The notes under the pieces are model-generated. The model ran no database searches. It saw only the letters and a list, made by a program, of their open reading frames with translations, and was not told the origin of the DNA. This document shows, piece after piece, positions 26,036 through 41,412 of a stretch of 52,037 nt of DNA. The position numbers and the translations under genes were made by a program. Where the stretch lies: positions 1 through 52,037 of the forward strand of contig JAGAEZ010000038.1 in NCBI GenBank assembly GCA_017612875.1, read 5' to 3'. How positions within the stretch are numbered: position 1 is the first letter of the stretch; every line of letters starts with the position of its first letter. Source of the stretch: Bacteroidaceae bacterium. GTDB taxonomy: Bacteria > Bacteroidota > Bacteroidia > Bacteroidales > Bacteroidaceae.

Positions 26036-27793
26036 ATGCAGACCATTGTTCAGGTCCTGAAGATGTTAGGCTGTCTCGGAATGTTCCTCTACGGAATGTC
26101 ACTCATGAGCGCCGGACTCCAGAAATTCGCAGGACAATCCTTAAGGTCATTCATTTCGAGAATGACGTCCAGTATCCCCAAATGCTTGTTCACCGGATTC
26201 GTAGTAACCGTATTGGTCCAGTCATCGACTGCCACCACTCTTATGCTGGTCAGCTTCGTCAATGCGGGACTGATGTCTCTGTTCAACGCCATAGGCGTGA
26301 TTATGGGTGCAAATGTGGGCACCACTGTAACAGCATGGCTGTTTGCCGTCTCCTTTGACGGAGCATTCAGTCTCGGCGCGATTGCCGTTCCCATGATGTT
26401 CCTTGCTTTCATATTCTTCACCCGCAAGCGTGAAAAGCTCAAGAGTCTCGGCGAGTTCCTGATGGGATTCGCCTTGCTGTTCCTTGGACTCTCCATGCTC
26501 AAGGACACCTCCTTCCCTTTGCTCTCAAGCGACGGAGTGAGAAACCTTCTTACACCGCTTACGGTCTATGGATATTTCTCCGTGCTTATATTCATAGTAA
26601 TAGGTGCAATCATGACACTGATGCTCCAGTCATCAGCCGCCACCACAAGTATCACCATGCTGCTGCTTGCCGTCGGTGCCCTGCCTTTCAATCTGGCGGT
26701 CGCCATGGTGCTCGGAGAGAACATAGGTACCACCATCACATCCAACCTGGCTGCCACCGTAGCCAACGAATCGGCCAAACGGACCGCCCGGGCACATCTG
26801 CTGTTCAACCTTGTGGGTTCTGTAATCGTGATAGCGCTCTTCAACCCTTATATCAAACTGAACGGCATGATTGTAGAGGCTTTCGGATTCCCCAATCCCT
26901 GTCTTGCCGATTTCAGCCTGCTGAGCTCGGAGAATCCGGCCGACGCAGCTATGAAGGCGCAGCTTGAAGGCAGTCTTCCATACGCGGTGGCTATCGTACA
27001 CACATTGTTCAATGTCATCACGACACTGCTTCTGGTGTGGTTCATCCCTCTGATCGAAAAGGTGGTCATCAGGATGGTTCCCTCCAACGAGGAAGAAAAA
27101 GAGCAGCACAGGTTGCTCTACATATCCGGCGGTCTGCTGCACACCGCAGAGCTTTCGCTTGATCAGGCAGACCGGGAGATAGAACATTTCGCGCAGATCT
27201 GCTACAAGGACTTTGACTATGCCAGACAGGCCATCAATGAAACCGACAAGGAAAAGCTTGAAATCCTTAAGGGAAAACTGGTGAAGTATGAGGAGATTAC
27301 GGACCGGGTGGAGTACGAAATCGCCGATTATCTCAATAAGGTGTGCCGTGACGAGATATCCGATGAAGCCAATGTCCGCGTCAAATCAATGCTGAAGATC
27401 GTAAGCGAGATGGAGAGCCTCGGTGATTCAGGTGAGGCCATAGCAAGACTCCTCGCACGAAAAGACAGCAACGACAAGACCTTCGACGACACCATGCTGG
27501 CCAATATCAACCGCATGCTGGACCTTGTGGACAATGCATACAAGGTCATGATTGAGAATCTGAAGAAACCGCATGTGGATAACATCACGAATGCCCAGCA
27601 GGCCGAACAGGCAATCAACGAACTGCGTAACGAGCTCCGGGAGAAGCATGTGGCTGATAGCGAAAAGACCGATTACGACTATATCTGCGGTGTCTATTAT
27701 CTGGATCTCGTATGCGAGCTGGAGCGTATCGGTGACTTCATGATCAACATATCCGAAGCCCGGCTATCCAAGCCCAAACATGCAATCGCATGA
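26036..27793 (+). CDS. Na+/phosphate cotransporter family protein (NptA-type) with C-terminal PhoU-like domain
   Basis: The 585-aa ORF has duplicated Na_Pi_cotrans repeats (QSSTATTLMLVSFVNAG.. and QSSAATTSITMLLLAVG..). The helical C-terminal domain ends ..LERIGDFMINISE. Confidence 0.9.
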   Translation: MQTIVQVLKMLGCLGMFLYGMSLMSAGLQKFAGQSLRSFISRMTSSIPKCLFTGFVVTVLVQSSTATTLMLVSFVNAGLMSLFNAIGVIMGANVGTTVTAWLFAVSFDGAFSLGAIAVPMMFLAFIFFTRKREKLKSLGEFLMGFALLFLGLSMLKDTSFPLLSSDGVRNLLTPLTVYGYFSVLIFIVIGAIMTLMLQSSAATTSITMLLLAVGALPFNLAVAMVLGENIGTTITSNLAATVANESAKRTARAHLLFNLVGSVIVIALFNPYIKLNGMIVEAFGFPNPCLADFSLLSSENPADAAMKAQLEGSLPYAVAIVHTLFNVITTLLLVWFIPLIEKVVIRMVPSNEEEKEQHRLLYISGGLLHTAELSLDQADREIEHFAQICYKDFDYARQAINETDKEKLEILKGKLVKYEEITDRVEYEIADYLNKVCRDEISDEANVRVKSMLKIVSEMESLGDSGEAIARLLARKDSNDKTFDDTMLANINRMLDLVDNAYKVMIENLKKPHVDNITNAQQAEQAINELRNELREKHVADSEKTDYDYICGVYYLDLVCELERIGDFMINISEARLSKPKHAIA

Positions 27794-27850
27794 CACCGGT
27801 ATCTCCTGAGAAAGATAAGAAGAACTGTTGAAGTCGGGAGACAGCTGATT

Positions 27851-28513
27851 CTACCAATCTATGGGGGTTTTCCCGTGACTTACGAGCCACGCGTTGGTCC
27901 TGCTGAAATGGTGGTTCCCGAAAAAACCGTTGTACGCCGACAGAGGGGAGGGATGTGCCGAGCTCAGCACCAGATGTCTGTTACGGTCAATTATGGCCCC
28001 CTTCCGTTTGGCGTACCCGCCCCAAAGGATAAACACCAGACCGTCCCTGCCATCATTAAGTTCACGTATAACCGCATCGGTGAATTCCTCCCATCCTTTC
28101 CCTTGATGGGAACCGGCCTGTCCTGCCCTGACCGTCAATGTGGCGTTGAGCAGCAGGACTCCCTGTCTTGCCCAGCCGGAAAGATCGCCTGAAACAGGAC
28201 AAGGGCGACCCAGATCATCGCTGATTTCCTTAAAGATATTCCTCAATGAAGGAGGGAAAGCCACCCCGTCATTGACGGAGAAACAGAGTCCATGTGCCTG
28301 GCCAGGCTCATGATAGGGATCCTGCCCTATAATCACGACTTTCACCTGGTCAAACGGACAAAGGTTGAAGGCATTGAAGATAAAACGTCCGGGAGGATAG
28401 ACAGTGGCATTGGCATACTCCTTACGGACAAAATCCGTAAGCTCCTTGAAATAAGGCTTGTCAAATTCCGGCTGAAGCCTCTCCTTCCAGGTCGGTTCTA
28501 TCTTTACATCCAT
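27851..28513 (-). CDS. ung: Uracil-DNA glycosylase (family 1)
   Basis: The 220-aa ORF has [16 protein letters not shown] and the HPSPLS motif. Confidence 0.95.
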   Translation of the reverse strand: MDVKIEPTWKERLQPEFDKPYFKELTDFVRKEYANATVYPPGRFIFNAFNLCPFDQVKVVIIGQDPYHEPGQAHGLCFSVNDGVAFPPSLRNIFKEISDDLGRPCPVSGDLSGWARQGVLLLNATLTVRAGQAGSHQGKGWEEFTDAVIRELNDGRDGLVFILWGGYAKRKGAIIDRNRHLVLSSAHPSPLSAYNGFFGNHHFSRTNAWLVSHGKTPIDW

Positions 28514-28538
28514 GATCTGATATTATCCGTCATTTCCA

Positions 28539-29576
28539 TCAAATCAGCTGTATCCCTGCATCAGCGCACGCGGAACGCATATCCTCCGGCCAGATGCTTG
28601 CCTGGATTTCGCCGATATGGGCTTTCTGGAGAAAGAGCATACAGAGACGGGACTGCCCTATTCCACCTCCTATACTGAGCGGAAGCTCCCCAGCCAGCAG
28701 TTTTTTGTGGAAATACAGTTCACTGCGCTGCTGTTGTCCGCACAATTCAAGTTGCCGGAGCATCGATTCCCTGTCAACACGGATTCCCATAGACGAAAGC
28801 TCCATGGCACGCTGGAGTATCGGGTTCCAGACAAGCAGATCACCGTTCAAGCCTATGTACCCGTCTTCATTCGGAGTGCTCCAGTCATCATAGTCCGGTG
28901 CCCGCAGGTCATGAGGTTCACCATCGGCAAGCGGTCCTCCTATTCCCATTATGAAAACAGCCCCGTGCTCACGTGTAATGGCATCCTCACGTTCCTTGGG
29001 AGAGAAGTCCGGGTAGAGTTTCCTCAACTCCTCAGAATGGATGAAAAACACCTCACGTGCCAGGAACGGTTCCAGCTGAGGGTAGGTCTCATTAATCAGA
29101 TACTCCGTCCTGAGCATTGCCGAATAGATCTTGCGGACAATGCGTTTAAGGAAGGCTATATTGCGGTCTTGAGGTGTTATGGTCCGTTCCCAGTCCCACT
29201 GGTCAACATAGATGGAGTGCAGATTACCGAGACTCTCGTCTGCCCTGATGGCATTCATGTCGGTATAGATTCCATATCCCGGCTGTATGTCATAGTCGGC
29301 AAGGGTGAGACGTTTCCACTTGGCAAGGGAATGTACCACTTCCGCAGAGGCATCACCAAGATCCTTTATGGGAAAAGTTACAGCACGTTCCACTCCGTTC
29401 AGGTCATCGTTTATACCCATACCCTTGAGCACGAAGAGAGGGGCCGTGACACGTCTCAGCTGCAAACCGGTCGAAAGGTTCTGCTGAAAGAACTCCTTGA
29501 TAAGCTTGATACCCTGCTCCGTCTGTCTCATTGACATGAGCGGTTTGTAGTCCTCGGGAATGATAAGATAACTCAT
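28539..29576 (-). CDS. asnA: Aspartate--ammonia ligase (asparagine synthetase A)
   Basis: The 345-aa ORF has an AsnA-typical N-terminus (..ETEQGIKLIKEFFQQNL..) and the class II aaRS-like core GGGIGQSRLCMLFL. Confidence 0.93.
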   Translation of the reverse strand: MSYLIIPEDYKPLMSMRQTEQGIKLIKEFFQQNLSTGLQLRRVTAPLFVLKGMGINDDLNGVERAVTFPIKDLGDASAEVVHSLAKWKRLTLADYDIQPGYGIYTDMNAIRADESLGNLHSIYVDQWDWERTITPQDRNIAFLKRIVRKIYSAMLRTEYLINETYPQLEPFLAREVFFIHSEELRKLYPDFSPKEREDAITREHGAVFIMGIGGPLADGEPHDLRAPDYDDWSTPNEDGYIGLNGDLLVWNPILQRAMELSSMGIRVDRESMLRQLELCGQQQRSELYFHKKLLAGELPLSIGGGIGQSRLCMLFLQKAHIGEIQASIWPEDMRSACADAGIQLI

Positions 29577-29604
29577 AGTATTCCAATTAGATTGTTTCTA
29601 TATA

Positions 29605-32448
29605 TCAATCGGGCCAGTTCACATAGCTGTTGTAGCTTGAACGCTTCTTGACCTTGAGAAGGTCAGCAAGCATGCTCGAATTCGCCTTGACAGTAAAGTT
29701 ATATGATGTATATGGCTTCAGGACTACACTGCATGACATGTTGAAACAGTGCAGGTCACGCGTCACGCTCATAGTGGTGGTGGTGAAATCATGATAAGTG
29801 AAATCCCAGCCTGACGAGAAATTGACGTTCCACTTGTTGGTGAGTTTCATATTACCGGACATGTTCATGCTGTGAGTAAAGCCGTATGGATAACGCATCC
29901 GCTTGACATTGATATCCGCCTGCGTATCCTCACGCATGGAAATGCCGTACGATATCGAGAACGACCACGGCAGGGTGTAGGCAAGATATCCGTCCTCGTC
30001 CACCTTGGAGTTGCCTCCACTGTTGTCGGCACCACGCGACCCTGTCATGGAACGGTCAGCATTAGGTTCATCGTCAGGCTCCTCCTCTTCCGGCTCCTCT
30101 TCCTTGTGGGTCAGTTTATTCCATGACTCTCTCCACTGGTTGAGCGTATTGTTGTTGAATGTGTAGGAAAAATTCTGGCTCATCCCCTGAAAGCGGCCGA
30201 ACCTTCCGTAGGAATACTCCGTACGGTCACCCACCACTACTTTGCCGGCATCATTGAACTCATAGGCATAGGTAGCCCACGTGGCGTTAAGACTGAATGT
30301 GTGGTTCTTGGGGAGTTTCAGTCTAAGTCTGGTGTTCAGGTTACTCCAGGGTTTGCTCTTCGCTGCAAAATTATACGACATGGATGCTCCCAGTTCGTCA
30401 ATCAGAACGATTTTCCGTATTGAATCCCTGTCATTACGGACTTTCATCTCAATATTGTTGCCAACACTCATGGAGAGGCTTCCGGACTTGCCTTTGCCCG
30501 GCACACCGTACAAAGAGCCCGTATATGGAGAATATTCCACTGTTCTCACCTCGCCGTTCCGGTCGGTATAGACGTACGTGTCATAGAACCCGTACCTGGC
30601 AGCGCTGAAATCAGGGGACAGATTGTAGCTGACTGTAGGAGTGAACACGTGACGGGCCATCACGAACTTGTCACCGAACAGTTTGCGCCATAACTGTGTA
30701 GGACGGTAGAAACCGTACAGCTTGGTATTGGCGCTCACGCTCAGGCTATAGTTATAGACCCTGTTGAAACCATAGACCGTGTCCCTCCTTACCGCCTGTT
30801 CCGAATCGTCCCACGACTGGTTCACCTTATATGAATACCAGCGGGATGTATAGTTGAAAGACGGAGTTATGTTTATGCTGTTGAGCACCTGGAAAGTGGC
30901 GCTTACCGGGATGGTATGCCTCATGCCGTTACGCCAGTCCTTGACCAGGCTTTTCTGCATGAATTCACTCTCCTTGGCCGTTATGCTGTTGCTCAGAGTA
31001 CCCGAATAAGTGAATGAGATCTTTTCGTACCACTTGTCCTGTCCTGCGGCTTTTTTCTTCTTGAAAGGATAAATCCTGCTCAAGGTAAGGCTCAATGAAG
31101 GCAGACTCACCGACAATGTCGAGTCACGCATATTCTGGGAGAGGTTCATGGAACTCGACATGGAGAGTCCGATGGATGGGAACGACCTTGAGTAGCTGAC
31201 ACTTGATGTCCTGGTGCTCTGTGAAGTAAGCGACGGATTGTACAGGCTCGTCAGATTGGACCTTTCGTAACTGGTGGTGGCATAATTCACGCTTGCTGAG
31301 AAATTGCTGTTCGGACTCGCCTTTGCATCCTGACTGTGGGTCCACCGGAACTTGAAGTCCTTCGTGACCGAATAATCCGGCAGGCCCTTGTCACCCAGTT
31401 TCGTCGTCAGGGTACTTATATATACATTTCCGGAAAACTTGTACCTTAACTTATACCTGCTCTCAGCCGAGACACCCCATGAGCCCTTGGTGAATATCTC
31501 TCCCAGCACTTTCAGGTCATAATAGTCCGAAAGGGCGAAATAGTATCCTCCGTCCTTCAGATAGAATCCCCTCTCCATCTCGTCACCGTAAGTCGGGACA
31601 ATGATACCCGAAGCGTAGTCGCTATCCTTGAACGGGAAGAATCCGAAAGGAAGGAAAACGGGCAACGGAACACCCATAACCTCCAGATATGCGGGACCGA
31701 AAACGACATCCCTTCCGGGACGGACCTTGGCACGGGTTATCCTGAGATTGAAGTGGGGATCGTCATGCTGGTCGCATGTGGTATAGACTCCATCGCTTAT
31801 GTAATACTCTCCTTCCGGTCCTTTTTTTGCCTCGTTACTGGTCATGTAACCCTCTCCCTGCTGAGTTATGATTTCGTTGATATAACCTTTCTCTGTCTTG
31901 AAGTTATAGCTGATATGGGACGATTCATACGGAGTGGCTCCATCCTTGAACACAGGCGTTCCCTGCCATGTGCCGGTGGTGTCCTGTATCCCGTCGGCAT
32001 AGACCAGACTGCTGTCAACCTGCATCCTGATAATGGCAGCCGTGAGTTCGATCTGCTGGTAATTGACTTTACTGTCACCGAACAGGGATGCATAACCTCC
32101 TCTGGTCCAGATCATGGAATCATTGGATTCATATGCGACCGGATCATCGAGGGCATCCTTCTTAGGCGGCCCGGACCGGATGGAATCGGGCCCCTCTGCA
32201 ATTACAGAATCAGGAACGGCTTCCCTGATTCCTGTCCCAGGAAGGGAGTCATTGAAGGGATATTGCCCAAGTGTATCAGCCGGAAGGTAAAAGGTTTCCC
32301 GGGAAAGCGAATCAGGCGAGGCGATGTAAGAACTGTCAGCTGCATACTGGGCCAATACACCTGCAGGAACCGTTAACAGCCCCACAAGCAATATCGGAAC
32401 TACTCTCTTGATTCTTTCCAGCACGCCTTGAAATCGTTTATCCTGCAA
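29605..32448 (-). CDS. lptD: LptD-like LPS-assembly outer-membrane protein (Bacteroidetes long form)
   Basis: The 947-aa ORF has a signal peptide, an OstA-like N-domain and the junction YTTCDQHDDPHFNLRITRAKVRPGRDVVFGPAYLEVMGVPLPVFLPFGFFP. A large S/Y/N-rich beta-barrel follows. The start must be non-ATG: TTG at 32448 or GVL (GTG) at 32424. Confidence 0.72.
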   Translation of the reverse strand: MQDKRFQGVLERIKRVVPILLVGLLTVPAGVLAQYAADSSYIASPDSLSRETFYLPADTLGQYPFNDSLPGTGIREAVPDSVIAEGPDSIRSGPPKKDALDDPVAYESNDSMIWTRGGYASLFGDSKVNYQQIELTAAIIRMQVDSSLVYADGIQDTTGTWQGTPVFKDGATPYESSHISYNFKTEKGYINEIITQQGEGYMTSNEAKKGPEGEYYISDGVYTTCDQHDDPHFNLRITRAKVRPGRDVVFGPAYLEVMGVPLPVFLPFGFFPFKDSDYASGIIVPTYGDEMERGFYLKDGGYYFALSDYYDLKVLGEIFTKGSWGVSAESRYKLRYKFSGNVYISTLTTKLGDKGLPDYSVTKDFKFRWTHSQDAKASPNSNFSASVNYATTSYERSNLTSLYNPSLTSQSTRTSSVSYSRSFPSIGLSMSSSMNLSQNMRDSTLSVSLPSLSLTLSRIYPFKKKKAAGQDKWYEKISFTYSGTLSNSITAKESEFMQKSLVKDWRNGMRHTIPVSATFQVLNSINITPSFNYTSRWYSYKVNQSWDDSEQAVRRDTVYGFNRVYNYSLSVSANTKLYGFYRPTQLWRKLFGDKFVMARHVFTPTVSYNLSPDFSAARYGFYDTYVYTDRNGEVRTVEYSPYTGSLYGVPGKGKSGSLSMSVGNNIEMKVRNDRDSIRKIVLIDELGASMSYNFAAKSKPWSNLNTRLRLKLPKNHTFSLNATWATYAYEFNDAGKVVVGDRTEYSYGRFGRFQGMSQNFSYTFNNNTLNQWRESWNKLTHKEEEPEEEEPDDEPNADRSMTGSRGADNSGGNSKVDEDGYLAYTLPWSFSISYGISMREDTQADINVKRMRYPYGFTHSMNMSGNMKLTNKWNVNFSSGWDFTYHDFTTTTMSVTRDLHCFNMSCSVVLKPYTSYNFTVKANSSMLADLLKVKKRSSYNSYVNWPD

Positions 32449-32568
32449 AATTAGTGCTAAATGGTCAGATTACAGTATTACAGTAAGGTTTTTTAAGAAT
32501 ATAACAAGATTTGTTCTTTAAAGAATATTATGATGGATTTCTGCCGTTATATCCTTGACGATATCCGG

Positions 32569-38419
<5,851 letters not shown>

Positions 38420-38422
38420 ACA

Positions 38423-39910
38423 ATGAAACGAGCACTTATTCATACCGTAGCGGCTCTGCTGCTCATCTCCTGCGGAACGGGCATACCGGGGAGTTCCGAT
38501 GAAAAGCAATCACTCCCTTCAATATTCCCCGATTATACCGGTATAACCATTCCCGCCAACATAGCGCCCATGAATTTCAGGATACTGGAAAAGGGTGAGA
38601 AGTTCCTGACTGTTTTCAGCTCCGGCAACACCCGGGTCTCCGTAAAGGGAGATGTTGCCGCACTCAAGGAGAAGGACTGGAAAAGACTCAAGAACGGCGG
38701 CACTGATATTGACGTAAAGGTTATGACATTCAATAAAGGCAGCTGGACCGCCTTCAAGAGCTTTACCATGACCCTGTCCGATGAAATAGACCCTTATATT
38801 TCCTATAGGCTTATCCCCCCCTCTGTCGTCAGTTACGAAAGGCTGTCGATCAACCAGCGGGATCTCACCTCATTCCGTGAGAAGGTCATATATGCCAACT
38901 CCATGATACAGAAAGGGGATAACGGCCAGTGCATAAACTGCCACCACTACCGGAACTGGCAGACAGACAACATGCAGTTCCATGCCCGTCAGTATATGGG
39001 AGGCACCATAATGGCAGTGGAAGGCAAACTCAGGAAAGTCAACCTGAAAACCGACTCCACCATTTCGGCCGGTGTCTATCCGGCCTGGCATCCCACACAC
39101 GACTACATCGCCTACTCCACGAACAAGACTCACCAGTCTATACATACCGCCGACCACAACCGCATCGAAGTGGCCGATGAGGAGAGCGATCTCATCCTCT
39201 ATGACATAAAGGCCAATGCCGTCAGCATAATAGAAAACGACTCTGACAGATTCGAGTGTTTTCCGGCCTGGACTCCGGACGGGAAAACGCTATATTATGT
39301 GGCCGCCGACTACAAGGCTCCTTTCGGGCCCGAACGGGAAGACAAGGTGTTCCTTGACAGCCGCGACATTAAATACAACCTTTACCGGAAGCCCTTTAAT
39401 CCTGACACAAGGACCTGGGGCCGGAGCGAGCTCGTGGTTGACGCTGCTTCCATGGACCGCAGCATCACCCTGCCGAGAATCTCACCGGATGGCAGCAAAC
39501 TGCTCTTTTCCATGGGCGGATACGGGGTATTCCATATCTGGCACAAGGATGCCGACCTGTACATCATGGATATTTCCGACGGCCGGATACGTCCTCTCAC
39601 AGAAGTGAACAGCGACAACGTGGAGAGCTACCATTCCTGGTCCAGCAACGGCAAATGGATAATTTTCTCCACCCGGCGTGAGGACGGGGCATATACCCGG
39701 CTCTACCTGTCACACATGAATCCGGACGGTTCTTTCAGCAAGCCGTTCACCATCCCTCAGCGCAATCCCGACTTTAACCGCGATTTCATGTTCTCGTTCA
39801 ATATACCTGAGTTCATGAAAGAACCTGTCACCATCTCCCCAAGGGAATTCGCTTCCTTCATTAAGAGAGAGGCGCAATCAGTCAGTTATCAATCCAAGAA
39901 AGAAGAATAG
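38423..39910 (+). CDS. Lipoprotein with PD40/TolB-like beta-propeller repeats and a single CXXCH motif
   Basis: It has the lipobox LLLISCG and PD40-like repeats (AWTPDGKTLYYV, RISPDGSKLLFS, WSSNGKWIIFSTRR). The motif GQCINCHHY lies at nt 38930-38944. The gene starts 3 nt after the upstream stop. Confidence 0.6.
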   Translation: MKRALIHTVAALLLISCGTGIPGSSDEKQSLPSIFPDYTGITIPANIAPMNFRILEKGEKFLTVFSSGNTRVSVKGDVAALKEKDWKRLKNGGTDIDVKVMTFNKGSWTAFKSFTMTLSDEIDPYISYRLIPPSVVSYERLSINQRDLTSFREKVIYANSMIQKGDNGQCINCHHYRNWQTDNMQFHARQYMGGTIMAVEGKLRKVNLKTDSTISAGVYPAWHPTHDYIAYSTNKTHQSIHTADHNRIEVADEESDLILYDIKANAVSIIENDSDRFECFPAWTPDGKTLYYVAADYKAPFGPEREDKVFLDSRDIKYNLYRKPFNPDTRTWGRSELVVDAASMDRSITLPRISPDGSKLLFSMGGYGVFHIWHKDADLYIMDISDGRIRPLTEVNSDNVESYHSWSSNGKWIIFSTRREDGAYTRLYLSHMNPDGSFSKPFTIPQRNPDFNRDFMFSFNIPEFMKEPVTISPREFASFIKREAQSVSYQSKKEE

Positions 39911-39914
39911 CTCC

Positions 39915-41045
39915 ATGTCAAAGGTTACAAGATTCCCTGTTCTGCTACTGCTCCTGTCATTCTGCTGCCTTCCCTCATCGGCTATAGACAAGGACGGAAA
40001 CTTTGTGATAGTGATCGATCCCGGACATGGCGGCAAGGATCCCGGGGCCATCAGCGGAAAGAACACCGAAAAGTCAATCAACCTGAACGTGGCCCTCAAA
40101 ATGGGTCAACTGATCGAAAAGAACTGCAGGAAAGTAAAGGTGGTCTATACCCGCAAGACCGATGTCTTCATAGAGCTTAACCGTAGGGGTGAGATCGCGA
40201 ACAAAGCCAACGCGGACCTGTTCGTCTCCATTCACACCAACTCTGCCAAAAGCAGCAGTGCACGTGGAGCGGAAACTTATCTGCTCGGTGTTGAGGAGAA
40301 CCGTACCAGCGCCAATCTGAGCGTAGCCATGGAGGAGAACAAAGCTATCCTTTACGAAAGCGACTATCAGACCAGATATGAGGGATATGACCCCAAAAGC
40401 CCCGAGAGTCAGATTATTTTCGAATTCATGCAGAACGAGTACCAGAAGGAGAGTCTCAAGTTTGCCGGTATGGTACAGAAGCAGATGGTCAGTCAAGCCC
40501 GTCGTTCCGACCGGGGAGTCCATCAGGCCGGATTTCTGGTATTATGGAAAACGGCCATGCCGAGTATCCTCGTTGAACTCGGTTTCATTTCAAACGCGGA
40601 TGACTGCCGCTACATGACATCCCAAAAGGGTGTCGAAGAGCTGGCGACCAGTCTCTACAAGGCTTTTGTCAGTTATCTTGAAGATTACCGCAAACAGACG
40701 GCAAAATCGGTCAACCTGACCCAAGCCGCATCCGGCTCGTCCGGCCGGGATTCAAGTCAGGCTTCATCCGGCAAATCCTCTTCACCTGTGTTCCGTATCC
40801 AGTTCCTTATGAGCAGGGAAGAACTCAAAACCAGCGACAACAGGATAAAGGACCTTCCTGACGTGGACTATTACGTGGAGAACGGGCAGTACAAATATAC
40901 CTGCGGCAACACCTCTGACTACAACGAGATAACCAGACTACAGGCAGAGGTCCGCAAAAGGTATAAGGATGCATTCGTGATCGCATTCCTGAACGGTTCC
41001 AGAATTACCGTCAAGGAAGCACGTGAAATCATGGACAAGAAATGA
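39915..41045 (+). CDS. N-acetylmuramoyl-L-alanine amidase (Amidase_3) with C-terminal SPOR domain
   Basis: It has VIDPGHGGKDPGA, SIHTNS and an S-rich linker. The SPOR-like tail reads FRIQFLMSRE...YKYTCGNTSDYNEITRLQAEVRKRYKDAFVIAF. Confidence 0.88.
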   Translation: MSKVTRFPVLLLLLSFCCLPSSAIDKDGNFVIVIDPGHGGKDPGAISGKNTEKSINLNVALKMGQLIEKNCRKVKVVYTRKTDVFIELNRRGEIANKANADLFVSIHTNSAKSSSARGAETYLLGVEENRTSANLSVAMEENKAILYESDYQTRYEGYDPKSPESQIIFEFMQNEYQKESLKFAGMVQKQMVSQARRSDRGVHQAGFLVLWKTAMPSILVELGFISNADDCRYMTSQKGVEELATSLYKAFVSYLEDYRKQTAKSVNLTQAASGSSGRDSSQASSGKSSSPVFRIQFLMSREELKTSDNRIKDLPDVDYYVENGQYKYTCGNTSDYNEITRLQAEVRKRYKDAFVIAFLNGSRITVKEAREIMDKK

Positions 41046-41193
41046 ATATTTATACCCTCACCTATTCCCGAATAAAATAGATTTAGTCTAAATAATCACC
41101 GTTGGCGTTTTTTATTTGAATTGAAGATTGGCCCCTTTCATAACCGTTTCTGAAAAGGGATACGATATCTTCCAATTAAGATTCATTAAGAAG

Positions 41194-41222
41194 TTATCAA
41201 CAAGCTAAGTACCATATTCACA
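41194..41222 (+). promoter_or_regulatory. Two DnaA-box-like 9-mers upstream of dnaA
   Basis: TTATCAACA (41194-41202) has one mismatch to TTATCCACA. ATATTCACA (41214-41222) has two mismatches. Both have the same orientation and lie within a 367-bp AT-rich spacer. Confidence 0.35.
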
Positions 41223-41412
41223 ATTATTTGCAAAAAATCAATAGGGTCTTTTCAACTAATAAAAAACTGATTTGCAAGGCTCTGAATACCAGTGAATTGA
41301 AAGAACGGCATTTTTCATGGTTTTTCTTTCATTTGTATGATTCAAATAAGATTCCCAACTTTGCAAAGCGATTGGAAATGAATACCGCTTTTCTATAAAC
41401 ATTAACACTTTT

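Noticed and set aside
25761-26102. 113-aa minus-strand ORF spanning the palindrome and the start of the Na/Pi transporter gene
   Set aside because: It overlaps the transporter start codon and promoter, has a low-complexity and odd composition, and runs through the inverted-repeat arms. It is most likely non-coding.
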